Source: Thermoanaerobaculia bacterium
GTDB taxonomy: Bacteria > Acidobacteriota > Thermoanaerobaculia > Multivoradales > Multivoraceae
Direction: 5' to 3'
Length of the DNA: 64,000 nucleotides
Assembly: GCA_963666565.1 (NCBI GenBank)
Contig: OY762911.1
Coordinates: 3,552,001 to 3,616,000, forward strand
Below, piece by piece: positions 32,598 to 42,361 of this stretch (its first letter is position 1; every line of letters starts with the position of its first letter). The translations under genes and the position numbers were made by a program. The notes beneath the pieces are model-generated. The model saw only the letters and a list, made by a program, of their open reading frames with translations, was not told the DNA's origin and ran no database searches.

Positions 32598-34732
32598 GCG
32601 CGCCGTTGCTACAGGAACGCGAAGCGTCGAGCACCGGCAAGACGGCCCTTGAGGCGGGTTTCCCGATCCTTGAGATCAGCGAACTTGCGCAACAGGAAAG
32701 CTGGCGAAAGGAGATCAACCGGCCGCTCTACCACATCCACAAGTGGTGGGCGACGCGACTGGGTTCCGTGTTTCGCGGGATCACCCTGGGCGCCCTCGCC
32801 GACGAAGCGTCGGACATCTGGGAGGGCTTCTACAAGCGGCACGACCTGGCCGGCAAGGTAGTGCTCGACCCCTTCATGGGGAGCGGAACGACACTGGGCG
32901 AAGCTCTCAAGCTCGGCGCCCGCGCCATCGGCTGCGACATCAATCCCGTCAGCACGTTCCTCGTGCGCCAAGCCTTCACCCGGGTTCCGGAACGAGAGCT
33001 CCTGGCTGCCTTCGCGGAACTCGAAGCGAACGTGGCGCCGCAGATCCGCCACTACTACCAGACGCGCGACCCGGCTACAGGCGAGACGATTCCCGTTCTC
33101 TACTTCTTCTGGTGCAAAACGGTGGAGACTCCAGGGGGCGAGGTTGTGCCCCTCTTCTCACGCTACGTCTTCGCGCGACACGCGTCGCCCAAGAAGCACC
33201 CCGATGCCCAGGTCGTTTGCCCGGCGTGCTGGCAGATCATCGAGAGCCGATACGACTCGACGTCCCTAGACTGCCGACACTGTGGGCACGGCTTCAACCC
33301 CCAGGACGGACCCGCGAACGGCCGGCACGTCACCGCGCCGGACGGTTCCCGATACAAGATCAAGGACCTTCTCGCGGCAGACGGGTCGCCGCCCGCTCAC
33401 AGGCTCTACGCGATGCTGGCGCTCCGCCCGAACGGCGAGAAGGTCTATCTCCCCACCCGCCCCGAAGACCGGGCGCTCTACACGGAAGCGGAGGCCCGGC
33501 TCGGCACGGAGGACCTCCCGCTTCCGACTCTCGCCGTCCGTTCCGGACACAACACGGCCCAGGCCCGCGGATACAACTACTTCCGCTGGCGCGACCTTTT
33601 CAACGCCAGACAGCTTCTCTGCCTCGGCTTGCTGCTGCGTGAGATCCTTCGCATCCAGGACCGTCGCGTGCAAGAGCAGATGCTCTGCCTGTTCTCCAGC
33701 ACGCTGGAGTTCAACAATCTCTTCTGCAGCTACAAGGGCGAGGGAACCGGCGCCGTGCGCCACATGTTCTCGCACCACATCCTCAAGCCGGAGCGAGTGC
33801 CGCTCGAGAACTCGGTCTGGGGGACCGACAAGAGCAGCGGCACGTTCAGAACCTTGTTCAAGTCCCGGCTGCTGCGCGCGAAACGCTACCTGGATGCGCC
33901 TTTCGAACTCGAGCTCCAGCGAAATCTGTTCGGCGAGCGCTGCGGAACCCGCAGGACTGTGGCCAGCGCCCCGTTGGACCCCTGCAGCGTGAGCACATGG
34001 GGAGATCTGCAGGATTCTGCGCAAGCGGTCATGATCCTGAACGGCGACAGCGCCTCCCTTCCGCTCCCGGACGCGTGCGTCGATGCCGTTGTCACGGACC
34101 CTCCGTACTTCGACTTCGTTCACTACAGCGAGCTGAGTGACTTCTTCTACGCTTGGCTGAGTCCCGCCCTCGCAGGCCGCTATTCGTGGATGAAGCGACT
34201 GGATTGCTCGGCTGCGGGCGAGGTGCAACACAAGGATCCCCGATCGTTCGCCCGCCAGCTCGGCGCTGTGTTCTCCGAGTGCCGCCGGGTGCTCAAACCC
34301 GAAGGCGTGCTGGCCTTCAGCTTCCATCACTCGCGGCCGGACGGCTGGGCGGCGATCTACGAGGCGGTCGAGAGTGCGGGCCTCGTCGTGGCGGCCTCCC
34401 ACCCGGTTCATGCCGAGCTTCGTGTATCGAGCCCCAAATCGGTGGCGAGGGATCCCATCAGTCTCGACGCCATCCTTGTCTGCAGGCGCCGGGACGGTTC
34501 TGCCCCGACGGGGGTCCGTGCCTGCTCGCCCTTGGATCGGGCCGAGGAACTCGCGGTCGAGTTCGCAGCGTCGAACGTGGCCGTGTCCCGCGGCGACAAG
34601 TTCGTGATCGCTGCCGCTCAGACGCTGATCGATGAAGGTCCGACTCGCCTCGCGTACGAGGAGGTCCTTGGTCGCCTGACCCGGCTTCGTGCTGAGATCA
34701 TGGCCGCGCCCCGTCCGGCGCCAGGCGCCTGA
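32594..34732 (+). CDS. Amino-DNA methyltransferase with Zn ribbon (DUF1156-like N-terminus)
   Basis: HKWWATR, DPFMGSGTT (motif I), CPAC...CRHC, TDPPY (motif IV). Confidence 0.88.
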   Translation: MSAPLLQEREASSTGKTALEAGFPILEISELAQQESWRKEINRPLYHIHKWWATRLGSVFRGITLGALADEASDIWEGFYKRHDLAGKVVLDPFMGSGTTLGEALKLGARAIGCDINPVSTFLVRQAFTRVPERELLAAFAELEANVAPQIRHYYQTRDPATGETIPVLYFFWCKTVETPGGEVVPLFSRYVFARHASPKKHPDAQVVCPACWQIIESRYDSTSLDCRHCGHGFNPQDGPANGRHVTAPDGSRYKIKDLLAADGSPPAHRLYAMLALRPNGEKVYLPTRPEDRALYTEAEARLGTEDLPLPTLAVRSGHNTAQARGYNYFRWRDLFNARQLLCLGLLLREILRIQDRRVQEQMLCLFSSTLEFNNLFCSYKGEGTGAVRHMFSHHILKPERVPLENSVWGTDKSSGTFRTLFKSRLLRAKRYLDAPFELELQRNLFGERCGTRRTVASAPLDPCSVSTWGDLQDSAQAVMILNGDSASLPLPDACVDAVVTDPPYFDFVHYSELSDFFYAWLSPALAGRYSWMKRLDCSAAGEVQHKDPRSFARQLGAVFSECRRVLKPEGVLAFSFHHSRPDGWAAIYEAVESAGLVVAASHPVHAELRVSSPKSVARDPISLDAILVCRRRDGSAPTGVRACSPLDRAEELAVEFAASNVAVSRGDKFVIAAAQTLIDEGPTRLAYEEVLGRLTRLRAEIMAAPRPAPGA

Positions 34733-34733
34733 C

Positions 34734-37367
34734 TCAGTTCCCGCTGCCCCAGCGGTACTGCAGCCTCGCGTAGTAGAAGCCGCCGTTCGTGTCGAAGGGC
34801 GCGCGCGTGCTGTAGACGTTTCCGATCACGGTCGGGTGCGGGTTGCGCTCGGTCGTGCCGTCCAGCGCGTTGCGGCCGCCGACGACGAGGCGGGTGCGGT
34901 CGTCGATGCGGATAGCGGCCTCCAGATCGACCAGGTAGGCGCCGCCGTAGGCCCAGTCGTCCCTGGGATCCCACCAGCCGTCGAAGTAGCCGGCCCGGCC
35001 GAGCAGTTCGACGCGGCCGATCTCCTGGCGAACGGCGGCCGTCCAGCGCAGGCCGGGAAGCGCGTCGCGCAGTTCGCGGATGCGGCGGGCGTCCAGGGTG
35101 GCCGGGTTGTAGTCCACGACCTCGGTGCGAGTCAGGTTGATCGCCAGGTCGAACGTGGTGTTCCCGCCGGCGGCCGGCGGCGTCCAGGACGCGACCAGGT
35201 CGACGCCCTCGGTGCGGCTCTCGAAGTCGTTGGCGAAGAAGCGGAAGTTGGCCAGGTTGGCGGCGCTGGTGATGCCCTCGGCCAGGAGCTGGTCGACCTC
35301 GTCCGGTTCCAGGGCGAAGAGCTGGGTCACGCCCAGGCGGTCGCTCAGGTCGATCCGGAACACGTCCGCGGTGAGCAGGAACGAGCCCCGCTCCAGGACC
35401 ATGCCGGCCGCCAGGTTGAGGGACTTCTCGGCGTCGAGCGCCTTGCCGCCGCGAAGCGCCGCCACCCGCGAGGTGGACGGGATGGTGCCGTTGTTGACCA
35501 GCTCCATCAGGTGGGGATCCCACTGCGTCGAGACGTTGAAGGCGTTCTGCTGGCCCGGCGTGGGCGCCCGGAAGCCGGTGCTGACGCTGCCCCGGAGCGC
35601 CAAGCCGGGGGCGACCGCCCGGCGGCCGGCGAGCTTGCCGTTGACCGTGGAGCCGAAGTCTTCGTAGTCCTCGTAGCGAACGGCGGCGCCGACGGTCCAG
35701 GAATGGTCCGGCGGGCCGTACTCCAGGTCGCCGTAGACGGCGGCGTTCGCGCGGTTCCAACTCCCGGCCGCGATCGGACTGAAGCCCGGAAACCCGTTCG
35801 AGCCCGAACTGAAGCCCTGCGCCGCGTAGGGACCGATGCGCCACGACGCGTCGTCGCCGAGGCCGATCTCAAACCCTTCGTTGCGCCATTCCAGCCCGGC
35901 CGCCAAGTGCAGCCGCTCGCTCAGGTTGCGCGCGAGGTCGACGTTCGCGCTCACTTCCTCCTGCAGGTAGTAGCCGGGGTCGAACGAAGTCGGCGTGTCC
36001 GGCCCCAGCGACGCGTTGACGCTGTCGTAGAGGAAGAAGTCGGCCTCGCTCGATCCCGCCGTGAGGCTCACGTCCCACGTCGTCCCGCCAGCCGTGTAGC
36101 CCCGCACCCCGGCGACCAGCGACCCGTCCGTCCGGTCGCCGCCGAACACCGGCTGGAAACCGCCGGGGAACATCTCCTGGAAGCTGAAGCAATTCGAATC
36201 CGCGAAGACGCGGGCGAGCGGCCCCTGGTCCGGCAGGCCGTTCGTCACCGAGACAGTCGGGCAGCCGGCCGACCCGTCGACGACGCCGTCGGCGGCGTCC
36301 AGGGCGTCGCCGATCAGCAGCGTCCTTCCGCCGTCGCCGCTGAACACGGCGTCCCGCGTGTTCGGGTTGCGGAAGAAGAAGTTGCGGCTGCCCACCCGCC
36401 GGCTGGCGTAGTTCGCGTGACCGTAGAACTGCGAGCCGCCGCCGCCCAGCGGCCGGCCGAAGTTCGCCCACAGCTTCAGGTCGTCCTCGACCTCGGGCGC
36501 GCCGAAGAGCTGCGCCGGGTCGGCGACGTGGGTGTTGCCGGCCGCGATCAGCAGCGCGGCGTCGGCGCGCTGGACGTTCCGGTTCGTCGGCTCGGCGCCG
36601 CCGTACTCCAGGCTCAGGTTGAGAAAGCCGGCCTCGCCCCAGGGCAAGCCGACGTTGCCGGCGAACGTCACCGACTCGCCGTCGCCCCGGCCATAGGCGC
36701 CGGTGAGCAGTTCGAAGGACCCGCCGGAACTCGCGTCCTTGAGCAGGAAGTTCATCACACCCGCGATCGCGTCCGATCCGTACTGCGCCGAAGCGCCGTC
36801 GCGCAGCACCTCGACCTGGCGCAGCGCGATCGCCGGAATCGACGACAGGTCCGGCCCTTGGGCGCCGTGCGACACGCCGATGCGCGACCACAGGATGACC
36901 GCGCCCCGGTGACGCCGCCTGCCGTTGACCAGCACCAGGGTGTGATCCGGCGCCAGACCCCGCAGGTTCGTCGGCCGCACGACGACCGCCGCGTCGCCGG
37001 AGGTCGCGCTGATGTTCAGCGAGGGCACGACGTTCCGCATCAGCATGTCCAGGTCCGTCTGGCCTTGGCTGGCCACGTCCTCCGCCGAGATGACATCGAC
37101 CGGCGCCATCGACTCGGTGACCGACCGCTGCCGGGCCCGGGTGCCGGTGACGACGATCTCCTCGTGGACGTGGTGCTCGTGATCGTGCTCCTCGGCCTCC
37201 TCGTGATCGTGGTCCTCGTGGTCGTCGCGTTCCTGGATCTCCGCGCCAGCCGGTTCGTCCCCCGCACCAGCCTGAGCCAACGCCCACGGCGACCCGAGCC
37301 CGGCCAGAAGCACCCCTGCCGCAGCCAATCGGACGACCAGAATCGGGAAAGAGGTGTCGCCAGTCAT
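34734..37367 (-). CDS. TonB-dependent receptor with His/acid-rich N-terminal linker
   Basis: EEIVVTGTR, TLVLVNGRRRH, VEVLRDGASAQYGSDAIAGV plug motifs; TGFRAP; C-terminal YARLQYRW. Confidence 0.93.
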   Translation of the reverse strand: MTGDTSFPILVVRLAAAGVLLAGLGSPWALAQAGAGDEPAGAEIQERDDHEDHDHEEAEEHDHEHHVHEEIVVTGTRARQRSVTESMAPVDVISAEDVASQGQTDLDMLMRNVVPSLNISATSGDAAVVVRPTNLRGLAPDHTLVLVNGRRRHRGAVILWSRIGVSHGAQGPDLSSIPAIALRQVEVLRDGASAQYGSDAIAGVMNFLLKDASSGGSFELLTGAYGRGDGESVTFAGNVGLPWGEAGFLNLSLEYGGAEPTNRNVQRADAALLIAAGNTHVADPAQLFGAPEVEDDLKLWANFGRPLGGGGSQFYGHANYASRRVGSRNFFFRNPNTRDAVFSGDGGRTLLIGDALDAADGVVDGSAGCPTVSVTNGLPDQGPLARVFADSNCFSFQEMFPGGFQPVFGGDRTDGSLVAGVRGYTAGGTTWDVSLTAGSSEADFFLYDSVNASLGPDTPTSFDPGYYLQEEVSANVDLARNLSERLHLAAGLEWRNEGFEIGLGDDASWRIGPYAAQGFSSGSNGFPGFSPIAAGSWNRANAAVYGDLEYGPPDHSWTVGAAVRYEDYEDFGSTVNGKLAGRRAVAPGLALRGSVSTGFRAPTPGQQNAFNVSTQWDPHLMELVNNGTIPSTSRVAALRGGKALDAEKSLNLAAGMVLERGSFLLTADVFRIDLSDRLGVTQLFALEPDEVDQLLAEGITSAANLANFRFFANDFESRTEGVDLVASWTPPAAGGNTTFDLAINLTRTEVVDYNPATLDARRIRELRDALPGLRWTAAVRQEIGRVELLGRAGYFDGWWDPRDDWAYGGAYLVDLEAAIRIDDRTRLVVGGRNALDGTTERNPHPTVIGNVYSTRAPFDTNGGFYYARLQYRWGSGN

Positions 37368-37451
37368 CCCCGAATCATAGACGGCAAGACGGAACTCGCA
37401 GTACTGGCACGCTCGCTTCGCCTCGACCGTCCGGCACGCCGGCGCCGTCCA

Positions 37452-37627
37452 GCCGGTCCGGGGGCCTGAGGGGAGGGTCCCGGCGGACTCGAAGCGAGCG
37501 ACGCCCGGCGCCACCTCAACAACCGACGCCCGACCGGAGCGAGCGGAGTGGAGCGAGCGCCAGCTTCACGTCTTCCGACCGAGCGCGAGCGGCCGCTGGG
37601 ATCCTCCCCTCAGGCCCCCGGACCGGC
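37452..37627. repeat. Hairpin element family B, copy 1 (176 bp, 35-bp terminal inverted repeats)
   Basis: 37452-37486 pairs with 37593-37627; the two mismatches are both G-T. Confidence 0.8.
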
Positions 37628-37633
37628 GGGTGC

Positions 37634-38707
37634 TCAGTCGCCGCTAGCCGCCGGCCGCCGCTTCGGCTCGACCCCGGCCACCGCGATCAGCGACTCGACG
37701 CAGTCGCGCAGCGACTCGTCGAACGGTCGGAACGCGATGCCCGTGGCGGCCCGCATCCGGTCGTTGCGCAGTTCGACGCCGGCCCAGATGCCGCGCAGTT
37801 CCGCCTCCCGCTTCCGGATGTGCTCAGGATGGATCTCCGTGACCGCCGGCGTGTCGTGCCTCAGTTCCGGCAGCAGCCGGTCGATCCCGGCGGCGATCTC
37901 CTCCACCGGCACCGCGTCCGCCGACCAGGCGATGAAGCGCTCGCCGTTCCGCACGTCCACGCTCTCGAGCAGCCGGATGTGGCACTCCGCGTCGTCGCGC
38001 ACGTCCACCGTCATCCACGGCCGGTAGGCCTGGGTCTGCTTGCACTCGCCCAGCAGCATCAGTTCGATGTTGTGCTGCCAGGGCCCCTTCTCCTTCTGGT
38101 GCGCCGACAGGATGGGACCCACGTTGTCGCCCGGGCAGCAGGTGATCGCGTCCCAGCGTCCGCTCTTCCCGGCCGCGTCCGAGAACGCCTTCTGAGCGTA
38201 GATCTTGCTCATCGAGTAGCCGTGCCCCCGCTCCGGCGTCCGCTTCGGGTTCGACTCGTCCGGGTAGCGGTCCTCGTACAGAACCGGCCGGCGGACGAAC
38301 TCGTAGATGTCGGCCTCCATGATGACGGCGGCGATGCTCGACGTGACGACGACGCGAGTCACCGAACCGGACTTCTCGACGCTCCCCACGATGTGGTCGC
38401 AGACCCGCTTCACGTAGTCGAAGTCGTTGTAGTCGCTGACGTGGGCGATGTGGGCCACGCCTTGGCAACCGGCGAAGATCTCGTCGAAGCAGCCCGCCTC
38501 GTCCAGGTTCGCCGAGTGGAGCGTCAGCCGGCCCGAGGCGTAGCCCGGCATCTCGCGCAGGAAGGTCGTCTTATCCGGATCGTCCGCGTCGCGCACGCAG
38601 GCGCGCACCCGGTAGCCCTTGTCCAGCAGCAGCCGGACCGTCCAGCCGCCGACGAATCCGGCGCTGCCCGTCACGGCGACCGTGCCGCCCTTCGGTATCG
38701 GAGCCAT
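37634..38707 (-). CDS. NAD-dependent epimerase / dihydroflavonol reductase-like extended SDR
   Basis: VTGSAGFVG, VVTSS, YSMSK, VDVRD motifs. Confidence 0.88.
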   Translation of the reverse strand: MAPIPKGGTVAVTGSAGFVGGWTVRLLLDKGYRVRACVRDADDPDKTTFLREMPGYASGRLTLHSANLDEAGCFDEIFAGCQGVAHIAHVSDYNDFDYVKRVCDHIVGSVEKSGSVTRVVVTSSIAAVIMEADIYEFVRRPVLYEDRYPDESNPKRTPERGHGYSMSKIYAQKAFSDAAGKSGRWDAITCCPGDNVGPILSAHQKEKGPWQHNIELMLLGECKQTQAYRPWMTVDVRDDAECHIRLLESVDVRNGERFIAWSADAVPVEEIAAGIDRLLPELRHDTPAVTEIHPEHIRKREAELRGIWAGVELRNDRMRAATGIAFRPFDESLRDCVESLIAVAGVEPKRRPAASGD

Positions 38708-38787
38708 CGCTCAATCTCCTTCGCGTCGTGCTCGCGCGACGATAGCCGACTCCGAACCTGCTAGCTTTGCGGGGAACCGAGCGGACC

Positions 38788-39345
38788 GTGAACACCGAAT
38801 CCGTCGACATGGTCGAGTGCGGCGACCGCGCATACGAACTGCGCCGCCTGCGACCGGAAGACCGCGACGACATCGTCGCCCTGGCCCGGGCGTTGCCCGA
38901 GGTCGACCTGCAGTTCCTGCGCTCGGACCTGACGGACCCGGACGTCGTGGAGGGATGGATCCACGACGCCGACACCGGCAGCCGCTTCACCACGCTCGCC
39001 CACTACCACGGGGAGCTCGTCGGCTACGGCAGCCTGAACCTGCGCGGCCTGCAGTGGATGAGCCACCTGGGCGAGATCCGCGTGATCATCGCCGAGGACC
39101 ATCGCCGGTGCGGGCTCGGCCACGTGCTGACCGAGCGCGTGTTCGAGACGGCGAGGGAACTCGGCCTGCTGAAGCTGGTCGCGCAGATGACGCGCGAGCA
39201 GATCGGCGCCCGCCGGGTATTCGAGCGGCTCGGGTTCTCGCCCGAGGCCCTGCTCACCGACTGGGTTATCGACCGCTCCGGCCGCACCCGCGACATGATG
39301 ATCATGTCCTACGACCTGGGCGCCGGGAAGCGGAGCCGCTCCTGA
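38788..39345 (+). CDS. GNAT acetyltransferase
   Basis: HRRCGLG acetyl-CoA motif, FERLGF; start codon approximate. Confidence 0.8.
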   Translation: MNTESVDMVECGDRAYELRRLRPEDRDDIVALARALPEVDLQFLRSDLTDPDVVEGWIHDADTGSRFTTLAHYHGELVGYGSLNLRGLQWMSHLGEIRVIIAEDHRRCGLGHVLTERVFETARELGLLKLVAQMTREQIGARRVFERLGFSPEALLTDWVIDRSGRTRDMMIMSYDLGAGKRSRS

Positions 39346-40151
39346 GCCCCCGCAAGCGGCGGCGCATCCGCGTCGTGTCCTGGAACGTGAACGGGCTGCG
39401 CGCCGCCGGGCGCAAGGGCTTCCTCGACTGGCTCGGAAGCAGCCGGGCGCAGATCGTCGGCCTGCAGGAGACGAAGGCCCGCGCCGAGCAGCTCGCGCCG
39501 GAACTGCGCCGGCCGAAGCGCTGGCACACGGCCTTCCACTCCGCCGAACGGCCCGGCTACTCCGGCGTCGGCCTCTACTCGCGCCTCCGGCCGGCCTGGG
39601 TCCGCACTTCCCTCGGCGAACGTCGCTTCGACGCCGAGGGCCGCCTCCAGCTCGCCCTGTTCGGCCAACTGCTGGTGGCGAACGTCTACTTCCCGAAGGG
39701 CAGCGGCAGCAAGCGCGACAACAGCCGCGTACCCTACAAGCTGGACTTCTACCGCGCCCTCTTCGACCACCTGGAACAGGCCCGGCAGGCCGGCTACCGC
39801 GTCCTGGTCATGGGCGACTTCAACACGGCGCCGCAGCCGATCGACCTGGCGCGGCCCAAACAGAACCGGAAGCACTCGGGCTTCCTGCCCGAAGAGTGCG
39901 AGGAGCTCCAGCGCTGGCTCGACGCCGGCTGGATCGACACCTTCCGCTCGCTGCACCCCGACACGGTCCGCTACAGCTGGTGGCGGCAGGCCTTCAACGC
40001 CCGCGAACGGAACGTCGGCTGGCGGATCGACCTCGTGCTCGCCTCCGAAGCCGCCATGGAGTTCGTCGAGCGAGCCTTCATCCTGACCGGCGTCACCGGT
40101 TCGGACCATTGCCCGGTGGGCGTCGACCTGTCGGCCGAGGTGTTGTCGTGA
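39342..40151 (+). CDS. xth: Exodeoxyribonuclease III
   Basis: SWNVNGLRA, LQETK, GDFN, GWRID, SDHCP motifs; start uncertain (CTG overlapping the upstream TGA). Confidence 0.93.
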   Translation: MSPRKRRRIRVVSWNVNGLRAAGRKGFLDWLGSSRAQIVGLQETKARAEQLAPELRRPKRWHTAFHSAERPGYSGVGLYSRLRPAWVRTSLGERRFDAEGRLQLALFGQLLVANVYFPKGSGSKRDNSRVPYKLDFYRALFDHLEQARQAGYRVLVMGDFNTAPQPIDLARPKQNRKHSGFLPEECEELQRWLDAGWIDTFRSLHPDTVRYSWWRQAFNARERNVGWRIDLVLASEAAMEFVERAFILTGVTGSDHCPVGVDLSAEVLS

Positions 40152-41074
40152 GCACGAACGCCGACGAAGGCGCCGGAGCACCCGGCGGCGGCCCGAGCCG
40201 GGCCACCACGGTCGAGGGCATCAAGCGGCGGATGGACGGCTTCGCCACCCGCGAGGGGGTGCGCCGAGGCCTCGACTTCCGCCCGCGGCCGACCGACGTC
40301 CTGATCGCCACCTACCCCAAGGCCGGCACGACCCTCATGCAGCAGATCGTCCATGGCCTCCGCACCGGCGGCGACATGGACTTCGACGAGATCACGGAGG
40401 TCGTGCCGTGGATCGAAGTCGCCCACGACATCGGCCTCGACCTGGACGCCCCCCAGCGCGCCGAGCCGCGAGCCTTCAAGACCCACCTGGCCCGCGACCT
40501 GGCCCCGCGGGGCGGCCGCAACATCTTCGTCGTCCGCGACCCGGTCGATTCGCTCGTCTCCTTCTTCCACTTCTTCAGCGGCTGGGTGTTCGAGCCCGGC
40601 GCCGTCTCGATGCGGGACTTCGCCCTCGACTTCGTCTTCCATGGCACCCGCAGCGGCCGCTACTGGGAGCACCTCGCGTCCTGGTGGCCGGAGCGCCTCG
40701 ATCCGGACACCCTCTGGCTGTGCTTCGAGGACATAGTCGCCGACCTTCCGGCCGTCGTCGCCCGCGTCGCCGCCTTCCTCGGTCTCGGCCCGGACCATCC
40801 GAACGTCGAGATCGCCGCCCGTCAGGCGACCATCGACTTCATGCGCCAGAACGGCCCGAAGTTCGACGACCACCTCGTCCGCGACGCCCGCAACGCCGCC
40901 TGCGGCCTCCCCTCCTCCGGCGTCACCTCGAAGGTCCGCAAGGGCAAGTCCGGCGAAGGCTTCCGGGAAGTACCGCAAGAGGTCATCCACGTCTGGAACC
41001 AGGAGTGGAAGCGCATCGTGGAACCGGCCACTGGGCATGGCTCGTATGCGGAACTCCGCAGCGCCATCGGGTAG
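40148..41074 (+). CDS. PAPS-dependent sulfotransferase
   Basis: TYPKAGTT, FKTH, RDPVDSLVS, RKG motifs. Confidence 0.92.
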   Translation: MSTNADEGAGAPGGGPSRATTVEGIKRRMDGFATREGVRRGLDFRPRPTDVLIATYPKAGTTLMQQIVHGLRTGGDMDFDEITEVVPWIEVAHDIGLDLDAPQRAEPRAFKTHLARDLAPRGGRNIFVVRDPVDSLVSFFHFFSGWVFEPGAVSMRDFALDFVFHGTRSGRYWEHLASWWPERLDPDTLWLCFEDIVADLPAVVARVAAFLGLGPDHPNVEIAARQATIDFMRQNGPKFDDHLVRDARNAACGLPSSGVTSKVRKGKSGEGFREVPQEVIHVWNQEWKRIVEPATGHGSYAELRSAIG

Positions 41075-41090
41075 TCCGCACGTCCTGTTT

Positions 41091-41191
41091 CGTCGCCGGC
41101 CTCCGGCCGGCGGCCCGTTGTCCGGGCTGCGCCGCTCCACGGCTTCGCCCGTGGAGCGGGTCAGAAGACCCGCGCACCGACCCGCGCACCC
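41091..41191. repeat. Family A truncated element (one end plus core)
   Basis: Reverse complement matches 14323-14412; the terminal GACCCGCGCACC is duplicated. Confidence 0.8.
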
Positions 41192-41205
41192 AGCGGATGT
41201 CCAGT

Positions 41206-41375
41206 CCGGCCGGTGAGCGGGGGGAGGGTCCCAGCGGGCTGGAGGCAAGTGACGCCCACCGCCTCTCCAACGACCGACGCCGACGTGAAACGCAGCCGAC
41301 CGAAGCGAGCGCTCAAGTACCCTCAACCCGGAAGGCGCGAGCGGCCGATGGGACCCTCCCCCGCTCACCGGCCGG
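41206..41375. repeat. Hairpin element family B, copy 2 (170 bp)
   Basis: Terminal inverted repeats 41206-41237 / 41345-41375; shares GGAGGGTCCC, CAACnACCGACGCC and GCGCGAGCGGCCGnTGGGA with copy 1. Confidence 0.8.
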
Positions 41376-41406
41376 GCGGGTGCTACCTCCGACGCCGTCG
41401 ACGCCG

Positions 41407-42141
41407 CTACAGCAGGCCGCCCTCCGGCGCGGGCCGGGCGCGCTGGTTGTACAGCAGCTTCTTCAGGCGTTCGCGTTCCTCCTCGGAGAGGTTCGCGTAG
41501 TCGATCGCCTCGCCGCTCGAGACGTCCATGCCTCGCCGGACCGGCGGCCGGGCGCCGACTTCCTCGAACCAGCGCCGGAAGTACGGAAAGTCGTCGATGT
41601 CCTGCTCCTGGTCCTTCCAGCGGACCGTCCACGGGTAGCAGATCATGTCGGCGATCGTGTACTCGTCGCCGATCAGGTAGCGCCGGTCGTAGAGGCGGTT
41701 GTTCATCACGCCGTAGAGGCGGTTGACCTCGTCGGTGAAGCGGCGTACCGCGTAACTCTGGTCGCCCTCGGTATCGCGCAGGCGGCGGAAGTGCCCGCAT
41801 TCGCCGGACTTCGGCCCCTGGTTGGCCATCTGCCAGATGAGCCACTGATTCACCTCGTGGCGAGCGCGCAGCTCCCGCGGGTAGAACCGCCCGGCCTTCT
41901 CGGCGATGTACATCATGATCGCGCCGGACTCGAACAGCGCGATCGGCTCGCCGCCGTCCGCCGGCTCGCGGTCGACCATCGCCGGCATCCGGTTGTTCGG
42001 CGAGATGGCGAGGAACTCCTCCTTGAACTGGTCGCCGAAGCCGATCCGGCAGGGCACGATGCGGTAAGGCAAACCGCATTCCTCCAGCAGGATCGTGACC
42101 TTCTTGCCGTTCGGCGTCGGCCAGTAGTGCAGATCGATCAT
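41407..42141 (-). CDS. Glutathione S-transferase, YfcG/YghU (Nu-class) type
   Basis: WPTPNGKK, SPNNRMPA, FESGAI, YTIADM motifs. Confidence 0.93.
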   Translation of the reverse strand: MIDLHYWPTPNGKKVTILLEECGLPYRIVPCRIGFGDQFKEEFLAISPNNRMPAMVDREPADGGEPIALFESGAIMMYIAEKAGRFYPRELRARHEVNQWLIWQMANQGPKSGECGHFRRLRDTEGDQSYAVRRFTDEVNRLYGVMNNRLYDRRYLIGDEYTIADMICYPWTVRWKDQEQDIDDFPYFRRWFEEVGARPPVRRGMDVSSGEAIDYANLSEEERERLKKLLYNQRARPAPEGGLL

Positions 42142-42361
42142 GGCGCGGCTCCCGCTTCGGGCCGGCGACATGGACTGCCGGCCCGCGCCGGAGGATAGCG
42201 AACGCCGCCGCGCCGGGGTGGCGCGCGCGCACGCTCGGAACACGGGAATCCGGCTCGTTTTCGTCTGAGTCCAAAGGTGGACGGACCACGTTGACAACCT
42301 CCGGCCCCGCGAGCGACACTACCGAACGTGGGTTGACCGGGCGATCCAAGGGAGAGGAACC

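Noticed and set aside
31678-34740. Prophage or integrative element boundaries around the methyltransferase island
   Set aside because: No integrase, tRNA or flanking direct repeats found by eye.
42255-42290. Hammerhead-like CTGAGTCC...GGAC
   Set aside because: Lacks an intact CUGAnGA and GAAA core.
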